This document shows, one piece after another, positions 1 to 13,088 of a stretch of 64,000 nucleotides of DNA (its first letter is position 1; every line of letters begins with the position of its first letter). A program made the translations under genes and the position numbers. The DNA comes from Chrysomallon squamiferum (Eukaryota > Animalia > Mollusca), in contig CM022666.1 in NCBI GenBank assembly GCA_012295275.1, positions 8,122,001 to 8,186,000 on the forward strand. The letters run 5' to 3'. The notes under the pieces were generated by a model. That model saw nothing but the letters and a program-made list of their open reading frames with translations. It was not told the origin of the DNA and did no database searches.

Positions 1-1271
1 AAACAAAAAAAACAAAAAGCAATCCATTAAACCAATCATGACAAATACAGGACATTATCATCACGATCTGATATGCCGATGACATCAGCGACAAATATGT
101 CGACACTGTCACTTGTACGTAACTACATCAGACACATCTGTGCTAAACAAAAGGCTTCTCAGCTAACGACATTCCTCTTTACTTGCACAGTCTTACAAGT
201 TTAATCAGGTAAAGTTTACAGGTTCATGACCCACCCAGGGAAAATGTGTGTGTTTTCTATACTTAGCCAGTGTTTACTTTTTTCTTCTTCTTTTTTTTTT
301 TAAATTATGAAAGTAAACCCACAAATAATAATAATAATATTAATAATACACTTAATAATCATTAATGTTTGAAAAAATAAAAAATAAAAATAAACAAAAG
401 TTGTTAATCTTAAATAATAAGTTTTGAATTCTGAAAGTTAAATAAATATGAATTTGTGTTTTGTTTCTGCCATGTGCTTTAGTATTTTTCTTGGCAATTC
501 GCTCGACCAAGTTACAAACTAAGTACAATTTTATAATTCCTGGTTTTACACCAGGATTAATCCTCCGTTACATCACAGGCTATCCCAAACAATAAACACA
601 AGAAATAACACAGCTTTCCTATAAATAGATAGATAAATATGTTGATTGAGGTTTTGTACAGGACAAATTGTTGTAAAGAAAAACAGTCAAGTGTGTCCAT
701 CAAGATAAAAAAATAAAATAAAAATCATGCCTTAGGCAAGCGATATTTCAATATGCTACAGCCTGAACAATTATACTTTTCATGTATGTACCCTAGCTTT
801 GTATAAATATTTAATCTTAAACATCTGGATGATGTGAGAAGTACACAAGGTTTACAGATGACAAATTTACTTATTTATTTTATTATTTATTCAGAATTGG
901 TCAACTTCTGTTGTTTATAATGTTATAATTAAACAAACACATAAATTGTATGTAACTATGTAAACATACATACATCCAAACGATCGAAATTATATGCATA
1001 AAAAAAATTATGATAATGACACAAAATATAATGATGTTGACAGCAGCATTTAATGGGACAAATGCACAATAAACTTACACATGTATGCACACAGGCATGT
1101 ATGTATACACACAACATAAGACAGATATGTATATATAGATTTCACACTGTAATGAATAATGACAGGACAGTAACATTTACATGGACATGTACACAACAGA
1201 AACTTGTGATGTAATAGAATACCACACACACAAACAGATGACATAAATGCTCAAGTTTCATGGTTTAGCTT

Positions 1272-1309
<38 letters not shown>

Positions 1310-1311
1310 AC

Positions 1312-1484
1312 CTTTTAACAGTACCATCCTGACTAACAAAAGTGAGGGCAGCCATTGCCTCATCTAGTGGATTCAGAGTCTGATCCTGGGCATGTGCAAC
1401 CCTGCGTCTCTGGAACAGGGGACTGTCGGTTTTTTCATTCAGCCCTTGCAGCCTGAATTCACTTTTTGTTTTCATTTTTGCCAT
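1312..1484 (-). CDS. Probable first coding exon of an unidentified minus-strand gene that continues left of the window (MAKMKTKSEFRLQGLNEKTDSPLFQRRRVAHAQDQTLNPLDEAMAALTFVSQDGTVK...)
   Basis: ATG in good context (AGAAAATGG) at 1484, 57 open codons with non-repetitive composition, ending at an AAG|GTAATT donor (phase 2). A possible acceptor (ttataaccag) lies at 1581-1582. Family not recognised. Confidence 0.6.
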
Positions 1485-4400
1485 TTTCTTTTCAAGCAGA
1501 ATTTTATTCAGATTTTTATTTTATTTGATTTTTTAAAAATGGGCGGGCAATTTCAAATATTTCAATACCGTGACTACTGACTGGTTATAATAATAATTCA
1601 ACCGTGACCGATTGTAAAAAATGCTTCCATAATGTTAAACCTTGAATAACTAAAAATTGCTCCTGCATCAGTCTTGAATGGCTACAATAAAGCTGCAATG
1701 TTATCAACCATGATAGCCAATAATAATAATAATATAATAATAATAACAAATGTATCTGCTTATAATAAAGCAGTTTATAAACAAAAATTGTCTTCAATTG
1801 AAGAAAATGTTTTCCTTATATATATGTAAATAAAAAAGGATCAAATTCACTATTTTTCCCAAAGTTCAGAAAAAAAATTTGTCACTAGTGTTAAAGTAGG
1901 TGACCACAGCACCTGTTTCCCTTTTAACTGGAAACTTCTGTTCTGTTCCTTATTTTTTTCACACAGAACATGTAGAACAATAATCCAAGTAACAAATTTC
2001 AAATTCCACTCTTTAGTTACCAAGAAATGAAATAAAAGAGAAACACACTTTCAAATGAACTGTTCCAGAACAAAATTTAAATAAGTGAGACATTCCTTTC
2101 ACACATCAAGAAATATTAATGCTGTATTCTGTTCCCTTGTCAGCATGGAAAAAAAAAACCACAAAAAACCTAAGAAAAACATTAACTGTGAAAGAGTCAT
2201 TTTAACTCATCAAGAAACATAAATACTGTATTCTGCTCCCTTCACAAATGATGACAGAAATCCAGGGATAAATGTTATCTCCAACCTCGGTCACTCATTA
2301 TTTCACTACCTTATTTATTACCCCCTCCAGCTAATAAAAATATTTCTGGGTGAAGTACCTTATAACAAATAGTATATAACATGGTTGAAGTGATCAATCA
2401 ATCACAGTACACCTTAAATGTTTACTCCACATGTGAGGTAATTAATCCCTTCATAATAGAATTTTTCACATGTTTACAGGTCCAAATGATAAATAATTGT
2501 AAAGTAAAAATGAAAATAACAACAACAGCATACAAGAGAAATCCACTGACAGTCTTTACGCAATGTGACAAAACGTGGAAGAGATATGTCACCCGCTTAC
2601 AACATTATGCTGTCACGAGCAAAATACATAATAAAAAGATGAATGTGACAGTGTTTTCAAAGCCCAGTTTTCAACAATGAACTGTTCATTTGTTGACACG
2701 TGCCCTGTTCTCCAGTGGACAACTGTAATTGTGAATTCTAGCAAAGCTTGACATACACGCTCGAGTACACAGATACAAAATATGTTAGTATACGTTACCT
2801 GTTCAGACCCACCTCTTTCAAAGTGACCCATATCACACACTGCACAGACTAATCTCAACCAACAAAATAAAAAAATTAGATCACTACAATACAACACTTT
2901 GGTGAACATGAGCTACCTACACAGATAAATTAACATCAATCTGTCAACTAATAATTTATTTCTTAAAAAGAGTAATACTGCAATTTAAAACTTTTATGTG
3001 CAATATCACTCTTTCACTGTGACAGAGGCAGCACAAAACAAAGTAATCATGCAAATAACTGCTGACCATGATACAACACCCTTGTCAGTACTATCTACAG
3101 AAATAAATCAACAAACATCCTAAGTAAGAATTTATTTTAAAAAAAAAGGATTAATGCAGTATAAATTTTTTATATGTAATACTCCTCTTTCAGTGTGAAG
3201 TAATCATGCAAATGACCATGATATCACACATTTGTCAGTGCTACCTAGAGAAATCTTCTGTTTCAAAGTGAATAATGTGTAATAATGCAAACATTGTTTC
3301 CCATTATTAAACACTATTTTTTGTACCAAAGAATTGTTTTTTAAAGTTATTTTTAAATGTAATCCCTTCTTCTTTCAACATGACTAACAATGCATGAATG
3401 AAACCTGCTCATAAAAATTTAATATACCATACTTTGTGTGAGGTGTGTGTGTATGTGTTACCTATATAAACAAATGAGATATCATTGTATACTGTACTAT
3501 ATACTAATTTATAAAATCATTTTTTACACCACAACAATGTTTTATGTATAGTTGCACACATTTCCAAATGAATGACATCTCATAATAGTTGTAACACAAA
3601 GTAATCTGGCAAAATATATCTCTCCATTATGCAAGGAACTTGCAACAGTTTCAACAACTGACCTGAAATTATATTCACAATATACTCTTACTCATAAAAA
3701 TTACATAACAATATAGTGTAATGTTCTGTTAAAAAGGAGCAAGTGATGCATGAAGATATAGTCCAGTTGCAACAGTGATCAGCTTATTATTAATTCAATC
3801 CCATATCACCCACTTTTCAATTTATAGTTTTTACTCTGCATTATATGAAAGTACATGCAACAATGGAGTTGTATGCAACTGCTATTTTGCATTGTTATAA
3901 AATGAATACAACAGTTATAAATGGATTCACACTGCCATTTTGACTGCATTAAAATTTGTATGTTTCTATTTTTGTATGTGTGTATGTATATGCATATATA
4001 CATATACTCACACATATGAATACAAAGACACACACACCAATGCATGTAATGGCTTCACAAGCATAATATCCCTTATAAAAGGATCCTCATTTTGGAAACA
4101 AAAAATTCACATAAACTGAAACAAATTCCTTTTATTCACAGAATCAGTGAATATTCAGAGATATTTCAATACTTTTAACAATTAACACCTAACAGATACA
4201 TTATATATTTTTCTGTCGTCAAATCTTTTATTATTATTTTATTTATTTATTTTTATTTTTTATTTCTCAACTTTTTAATCATCAACTGATTAAGCAGTAA
4301 ATAAAAACAGATGGCAATCAGGTCCCATTGCACAGAATCTCTACACGTTGCTAGGTGGGAAACAAAATCAATGGTACTCTGTAAATTGTGTGTATCATGC

Positions 4401-4933
4401 TTTACATTATCTACATTCTTCATTTGAACTTTGCCCTGGTAAATAATCTTCTTCAATAAGATACTGACACTGTAAAGCAAAACTTTGTTTTCATGTATCT
4501 AACATTCTAAGGGATTTTTGTTCATGCTATTCATAGACTGGAGGGTCAATCTGCCTTGTTAAATGCCGAGGATCATTTTTCCATTCCACTCATGCAAAGA
4601 AATAATAATAAAAAAATAAAAAAAGTATGTGACAGTGCACACAAAGATAGATGTATATTCAAATACTCTGAAGTTAAAAAGAAATGCTTTAACACAAAAC
4701 TTATTATAGATGAAAATTTCCTGTAATAAAAATATGAAAATATGTTTGTAATAATTTCGCTTTGTAATATGTGATAATGTATTAGTGTATTTGGGTGAAC
4801 ATTATAAATTTGTTTCTTTCAATCTTGAAGGTTCTCTCCATAAGATTTAAGATAAAGGATAGTTGACCTGTTTCTATTTTGAATTTTGTTATGCTTGAGT
4901 ATATGCAAAAAAGTATTTTAATATTAAATGTAA

Positions 4934-4975
<42 letters not shown>

Positions 4976-5582
4976 TACCTATGAATAAAAGATATTAATT
5001 AATAGTTATTGCACAATTATGTGATTATTTTATATGTAAATATTTACAGAATAAATGATAAACAAGTACCTGTTATTAAACCTATTTATAACATAAAAAT
5101 ATCAGTTACGTTAAAATAATTATTCAAATTTTCCCGCAATGCCAAAGCTTTAGTTATTATGTTTTCAAGAGTTGTTTCCCTTTTACATCAGTCATGTCCA
5201 TCTGTCCGAGTGCTGTGGCAGTATTAAAACATTTATACTGATCACAGAAAAAACTAATTTTAGGAGCAGCATAGTATATCTGATTCAAGCTTTAGTTGGT
5301 TTTTTTTTTAACTACTGATATATAAATACTAACTACAATAGTTCTAGAAACATACACACATACATACATACACACACAAACATATGTAACTGTCTTAGTC
5401 TATAATATACATTTCAACACTAATGAACTATCCTAGGTGTATCATAACTTGAGAAAAAAGATGGTAAAATGTAAGAGATGTTACTAATGAAATATTTAGC
5501 ACGTTCTTGTAGTCTCAGTGCAACTTTCAAAAAATGTGGATAGTGATTTGTGACATGGCACTGAAAAAAATGTTTGCACATA

Positions 5583-5626
<44 letters not shown>

Positions 5627-6429
5627 CACTATACAAATATACACATAACCATTTATGTTCAAAACTCATGTATGCCTTTCCTTATGCAGTTCAAACTAGT
5701 TATGAACATGTAAATAAAAACTTTAAAACTCAAAATATTTAACTGTAACATCTTATTATTTACCTTATTAATTTTTCACCACAAAAACTCTAAAAATGAC
5801 AATCTAGCTGTTACAAATTAAACTGAATTATGCTGTAACTTCCATATATGAATTTATAAAAGGATACTGAATTTTTATGAACAATATCCCGTTTCTGATT
5901 TCAAAAAAAGCATCTAAAATGTTCTAATGCTTACCATGAATGTTTTTAATGGCTTATAATCTAAACAATAACATTTTTGATTGATTTAACTTGTGATAAT
6001 AATATTCTGTGGAGGATGCAGGATATGGGAGATACATAAAAATATTTTATAAAATGTCTTAAGAGGCTAAAATACAGCTTAAGGATATCTTATCTGAATA
6101 GCAGAAACAGTTATCTTTTAGTTTTCAGATGTTTTGCACACACAAACTTTTACGTTTATAAAAGATATTATATTAAAAAATCCGACAGATGATAAGTTTT
6201 ATGTGAAATATAAATTGAATTCATATTTACATTCAGGCTGTTTCTTTATTTTCCAAAATATGAATTTAGAACAGATTCTCAACCTGAATAAATATTTGTG
6301 ACTTTCTTTCAGGTAGCATAGCCTTTATTTTAACAATGTTTTAATGACAAATAAAAAGTAAACATTACTTTTAATTGATTGCAAATGGTTATGCCTGTAT
6401 TATATATGTTGCTGATTCTTTCGAATAAA

Positions 6430-6970
6430 AATATTCCAGCATTATTTTAAATCCAAATATCCATGTTCAAAAATCCAGATATTCCTGTCTTAAAATTCAA
6501 ATGTTCTTGTATTTTACAATCCAGATATTTACATTTTAATATCGTAATTTTCCTATTTTAAAATCCATATATTTTTTTTTAATTTAAATTTTCCTTTTAT
6601 AAAATTCATATTTTCCTATTTTAAAATTCAAATATTATTTTTTTAAAAATTCAAATGTTCATATTTTAAAATCCAAATATTATTTTTTTAAAATTCAAAT
6701 TTGTGTTTTTGAATCCAAATATTCAATTCTTTTAAATGCCAGATATTCATGTTTTAACATCCAATTATTCTTGTTTTTAGATTCAAATTTTAATATTTTA
6801 CAAATCAAATATTCTTGTTTTAAAATTCAAATGTTCATATTTTAAGATCCAGATGTTCATATTTAAAGATTCAAATATCTTTTAAAATGCAAATATTCAC
6901 ATGCTTCAAAATTCAAATCTGCATGATTTTAAAATGCAAATATTCATGTTTTAAAATGCAAATATTTACT
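6430..6970. repeat. Degenerate ~22-24-bp minisatellite (consensus ~TTTTAAAATYCARATATTCWTGT)
   Basis: Repeated aaaatccaaatatt / aaaattcaaatgttc / atccagatattc units across the interval. Confidence 0.8.
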
Positions 6971-7282
6971 TATTACTTTGAAGTAAAAATCCAAATGTTA
7001 GTCATGATACTGATGAATACATATTTATTTTTTAAAGTCAATTTCATATATTTTTTTAAATTATAAGATAGCACAAAGCTATCAATCTGTATTACTTGTA
7101 TTAACAAATATTTCACTTAATACTTTTTTCAGTTAAATATCCAGACAGGTAAATAACTGCTGAGGAATAAGTTCAAAGCTGTCAAGAGAAAATAAAATCT
7201 TCACTGCTTTCTGTAATGTGTGATAAATAATAAGTTTTCTGATTTATTCTAGAAAGAAAAATTAATAAAATAATAACAATAA

Positions 7283-7346
<64 letters not shown>
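7283..7346. repeat. (AAT)n microsatellite
   Basis: Direct reading. Many similar (AAT)n/(ATT)n, (CA)n and (TA)n tracts occur across the window, e.g. 10288-10343, 10427-10477, 15456-15505, 23365-23406, 26530-26586, 45114-45181. Confidence 0.9.
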
Positions 7347-7349
<3 letters not shown>

Positions 7350-8172
7350 CCAGTTCAGGCTGAAATTAATTCGCCATATTTACACAGAATTAAAAGTTCC
7401 ATTACAATTTGCATAGCAATAAAAAAATCACCATGAGCAACAGAAAACTGCTTGCAACTGCATGAAAAAAAAGAACCCCAGTAAAGACATACCTATCAAC
7501 TACAACTCCTGTTCCACCATGAGCTCTGACCACGTCAGTTTGACTGCTGTGTTCACTAGAGTCCATTTTGACAGGACTCCAAAAATGTTGCTCAGTCTAA
7601 ATATGAGTAATTACATACAACTCCAAAGGTCACAATGTCACTGAAATGGCTTCTGTAAACTCCTATTATGTTATAAATATTCAAATATATAAACCCAGGT
7701 TTTGGCATTTACAAAAGCTGTTTACAATTTACATAATAACTTCTTATTATTTATCTTATTAATTTTTCACCACAATGACTCTGAAAATGACAATCTAGCT
7801 GTTACAAATTAAACTGAATTATGTTGTTACTTCCATATATGAATTTATAAAAGGATACTGAATTTTGATGAACAATATCCCGTTATCCCAATATGACCAA
7901 ACAAGGCAAAACCACTAAAATATTTCCTGCTCTAAATATTTAAAGTGATCATCATTCAGGGAAACTAATAGTGTGAACATGAAATTACAAATTTCTGTAT
8001 ATAAGAGAACTGCTTAAAATAATTTTCTGTTGTCAAAAGGAAAATAAAAAGTGATGGTTCTGTAATTATAAGAATGATGGTAATAAATATTGACCTGTCA
8101 GCAGAAAAAACTAGTAGGAATATAAAAATGTCTTACATTAAACATGTTTTTTAATTATTATCGTTTAATTAA

Positions 8173-8206
<34 letters not shown>

Positions 8207-9958
8207 TGACAACATCAATTTACAAAGATTGCTACTGAGTTCAAAAACATTTTACATAATTTAACAATCCATATTACTGAAACTATTCAATTTTGAATAA
8301 TTTTTTCCAATGGTCAAAATAATTAAATTTTCAAAAAAATAAATAAAAATAAATAAAATATCCTCATACATTTCAGTTTCAGGACCTTTTTAACCACTAA
8401 AATGAACTCTTTCACTTACTTAGGATATTTTAGCACATTCAAATACTCATATTTTGTCACACCTTGAACAGATACAGTCTTAATTTAAATATTTATGAGA
8501 CTTTAAACATTTTTCTTTGATACTTTATTTTCATGCTTTTACTGATTCTGTTGAATATGTTTGGTCAGTCAACATTTATTTTGGCTTTAACAGTAATTCT
8601 AATTCCTGTAAGTTGTTTCACTTTTAACAGTAAATATATTAAATGACTAAGTCATACTTTTATGGTACTAATTTAATACTAATATTTCATTTACATTAGA
8701 TGTGCATTTTTACTTAAATAAATATTAACGACAGATTATTGGAGAACTCCTAGAATTTGTATATAATAATAATAATAATTTATTTATCTATATTGTATAT
8801 TAACAAATTTTAAGATCAAAATTACGATTACAAAATGAACAGAAACAACAGTTGAAGTAAAACTTTTATACGTTATCAGATGTAGCTAATGTTAGTATTA
8901 ATAAACTGATTATGAGAATGGGGATGGTTATTAATTAACAGCTTGAGGTTTTAAAAATATTAAATGTCAATTAAAAATCTTTAGCATTGGGATGGGAAAA
9001 GCATTACAATAACCAATCCACCGGTGAATATTTTATTCACCATGTTGGAAAGCTTTTAACATGGCATTTGTGGTTTTAAAACAGCTGCCATTACATTTTT
9101 GACCTGATATGCCTGCAGACATCCAATGTCAGGAAATTACATACTATGGGCATTCATAATTTTAGTGGAATAATGTATAAAAAACTAACATACAACAACA
9201 GCAGTAACAAAGAATATGATAACTATTTAATATTTATTACTATTATTATTATTATTATTAGTAGTAGTAGTAGTAGTAGTAGTAGTATAATAAGCTGAGT
9301 ATCCAAAGATTTTTACATGGCTGTCTACTTGAATGACCTTAGTATGATGTGATATTTATCTATATTCATGTCTGTCTGTCTGTTTATCTGCATAAATGGA
9401 TGAAATGATTGTGAGACTATCAGACAGTTTGTTAAAGAGATAGGTACTGATAAACATTAAAATGCCATTCAAATGAATGTTATTTCTGTCAAAATTATAG
9501 TAATAAATAAAATAGTATAATGTCAAAAACAATCATAATTTAAATAAGAAGAAAACCAGCAGCAACAACTTTTTCCTTGAAAGTGTATGTGACTGTCATA
9601 CTGCCAATGCAATCAAACATATAAACAAATGTAGACAACTTTCAACATTTTCTAACAACTGAACAAAACAAAATGAAGGAATGAAAAGTATTTGATAAAA
9701 ATTACAGAGTTACAATCAAATATTCACTAGATCATATAAAAATAAGAAGCTGGGGATCTTTTTGTGCAGTTTCCATATATACAAAAATATATATTATGGT
9801 CTGTGACATATCACATGTAATTACAAGACTGAGAAGATACCTAACAGCTTCATTAACAAGAACAGATCCAGTTTGAAAAACTGGTTTCCTGATTAATTTT
9901 CAGCCATTTTGAACAAAAACAAATTAGATGACATAAAAGACAATGAAGTTTATAACAT

Positions 9959-9994
<36 letters not shown>

Positions 9995-10290
9995 TAAATG
10001 ACTTAGAAGTTATTTGCCATGCCGTAAATGAATATTTCAAGCTCATATTTGTGTTTCAAAAATCTGTAATGGCACACCAGTATCAATAGCATTTCAGTGA
10101 CCTCACTTATACCCACTGTCATGAATTTAAGAGATGCATGAAGAGTTGTTTATCAGTTTATTTGCTGTTCTATCTGATCTACTGCAACCTAATGATGGAG
10201 AAAAGCCAAATCTACAATAGCTTTATTTCAAACATTTGACATTATTTTTAAACCAATATAATAATTACCACCAATGAAGATAACAATAAC

Positions 10291-10344
<54 letters not shown>

Positions 10345-10422
10345 TACCTAACGAAAGTTATGAAGAAAAAACTTAGAAAATCTTTAACAGAATGGTTCAA
10401 CAGTCAACAGACTCTGTATTCC

Positions 10423-10480
<58 letters not shown>

Positions 10481-10699
10481 TTTCACAAAAAATAAAAACG
10501 CCAGTTACAAACTTTCAAAATTATATATCTTTATACTTATAGGGTGTAGGCATTTAAACAATTAAAGTCTGTAAATTAATTTATCTGAAAGAAAAGACAT
10601 TTCATTTATGTTTGAAAAGAATAGGGTCAATATTATACATTTGAAAATAATTAAATGAACGGATGACATAGGAGGTAACATTACAATCTGATATGACTC

Positions 10700-11350
10700 A
10701 CGATCACCGTGAGAGAAAGAGAACAAAATATATTTGAGAACTAAATGTTTTATTCACCAATTCACCAAGACATGGTAACGGTTAGTTTAATCGTTACAAT
10801 TACCTGCTTTATAATATTTTTGTTATTTCTTACAGTTTAAATATATAACAGTTTTCTTATGAACAAAATGGCTACACATATAGAAATAATTCGGCTGGCA
10901 TTTTATAGTCGTCTGCAGTTCACAATAGGCGGTAGCCGGTCGGCGGTTCAGTTCGTGCAAGATATCATGCGAATGTGCGGAATTACCCATTTCATTTTTA
11001 CGGAGGAGGAGATAAAATAAAACTGATCACGTCCATATACAATATAATAATTGGGCATGAAACTAATACTAACCTGCCAGTCATATATGCTTTTAGGATC
11101 CAAGTTTCATTCGCCAAAGTTATAAGAATTAAATAATAAATTCCAACATGGTGGGAGAGAGAAAAAAAAAGAGAAGAAATTAACTTTAGAGGTCACTTCC
11201 GCTTTACATATAAGGATGTCCCGATGAAGTGTTTTTCCAAAGAAATTCCGTACATTTTCTAAACGATAATATTCTTGTTAACAAATTAATTAAGTTATTA
11301 AAATAAAGTAATGAGCTGTTCTTTCCTGTTTAGATAAGTATACGATCGTA
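10700..11350 (-). promoter_or_regulatory. Putative CpG-retaining promoter and non-coding first exon(s) of the minus-strand gene
   Basis: CpG density rises sharply (gcggtagccggtcggcgg) relative to 1-10600. ETS-type CGGAAGTG on the minus strand at ~11194-11201. Minus-strand donors CAG|GTTAGT (exon end 11074) and CAG|GTAATT (exon end 10804). Confidence 0.45.
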
Positions 11351-11373
11351 TAATAATAATAATAATAATAAAT

Positions 11374-11407
<34 letters not shown>

Positions 11408-11809
11408 CTAATATATATATATTATTTTATATTTCTCCTTTGTTATTATTATTATTATTATTATTTAAACATTATTTATTTTTATAGTTATTATTGACTG
11501 AATGTGTTTTTATGTGTGTGTGTGTCACTGTGTATGTGTGTGTGTGTGTGTTTATTTAACACTTTGCCTTGCATATTTAATAAACACACTACTCTTTTGC
11601 ATCAAGAAACAGGAAAATACTTACCATGGAATTCAATATACCAGTAAAGAAACATTTGCTTGAACAGGAATTGTAATGGGTGATTGTAAATCACTGAAGT
11701 ATAACAACAATTATAATAATAATGCATGAAGATTTTTTTTTAAATATAAATGAAAGACAATACTCCTTTTTCTTAAATCCTAAATCCAACCCTTTGCCAT
11801 TGGGAAAAA

Positions 11810-13040
11810 AGTAATAATAATAAGAACTTTCTTTCCATGAAAATGTATGTCATAGAGCAAATGAAATGCTGACATTAATCTATGAACAAATGCAGGCAAC
11901 TCCTTTCAATAGTGTCTAATAATTATTAAAAAAAAAAAAAGTAGAAGAAGAAGAAATGTGAAAGAATAACAAATATTTGGTTAAAATTACAGGTACATAT
12001 TAATCACAAATTCAGCAATTAATATCATCTAAATAAAATATAAGTAAGTAAATAAATAAATAAATAAATCAAATCCAAAACAGATTTATAATTGTATATC
12101 TTTGAAATTCTAAAAATGACAACAGATTATTAAAAGAAAGAAAGAAAAAACAAAACCTACTTTATTCTAATTAAATATTATTTGTTATTTATATTTAATT
12201 CAATTTTTTTTTTTTTTAATTATGTTCATTGTTATAATTTCTTAAGGGAATTGAAACACTATTTTCCAATGTTTACATAATGCATTTTGAAAAACTATAT
12301 ATAAATATATCAAAAACAACATCAAGGAAAAAACAGGTCACAGGATTTGACAATAATAAGAAAGTAAAGTATTTGTGTACTTGTCAAACTATATAAAATA
12401 TGTCAACACTGCATTGATGTCATAAAGTTTTTGTTAATGTGAACAACATTATGACACAAGTAGGTTTGAAGAAAAACCCATTTAATTTGATTTTACATTC
12501 CTGCCAAATGTATAATTTACTTTTGAACAAATCTTTCTTTCTTTTCTTCTTATTATTTATTATCTTTTATTTCTTTCACTCTTATATTCTAATTCCTTGT
12601 TTGTTTGTTTTTTTATTCTCAGATTTTGCTTAATTTTGCTTTTATTCTTTTCTTTTATTTATTTATTTCTTTTTTTTAATTATTATTTTAGATTTATTGT
12701 GTATTTTATTTTATTTAGTTTATATTCTATATCACTAGTACATTATTATTATTATTATTATTGTTATTATTACTGTTGATGTTGTTGTCATTCTTGTTGT
12801 ATAATAGTATTAAATTTAACCTTTTTGTTTTATTTTATTGTTTAATTTTATTATTTAATTATTTGTTTTCAGTTAGTTTCAGTTTATTTTATTTCTTTTT
12901 ATATTTCATTTCATTTATTTTACTTTTTAGATTTTTTCATAATTTTATTATTTGTTTAATTCATGTCCTTATTTTAAATTTATTTAATTTTTTATAATTA
13001 TTTGTACTCTATTTTGTTTTATTTATTTTCCTTTGCTTTT

Positions 13041-13088
<48 letters not shown>

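Larger units (their letters stand above)
5751..7884. repeat. Pair of ~140-bp direct repeats (5751-5893 and 7742-7884)
   Basis: Near-identical blocks ...gacaatctagctgttacaaattaaactgaattatg...ttccatatatgaatttataaaaggatactgaatttt...aacaatatcccgtt at both positions. Confidence 0.85.

Noticed and set aside
2799-2849. Minus-strand exon-like segment (gtgcag|...MGHFERGGSEQ|gtaacg)
   Set aside because: Splice sites are plausible, but joining it to the 1580 acceptor hits a stop and its phase differs from the 1312 exon. At most a 5' UTR exon, and unsupported.
6430-6970. Regularly spaced repeats that might suggest a CRISPR array (also 35865-36070 and 61205-61610)
   Set aside because: Eukaryotic context, degenerate head-to-tail units without unique spacers, and no cas genes.
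9023-9041. Small hairpins such as GGTGAATA-ttt-TATTCACC, also 533-560, 39189-39212 and 59120-59144
   Set aside because: Short stems are expected by chance or from microsatellite symmetry; no Helitron CTRR end or RNA-gene context was found.
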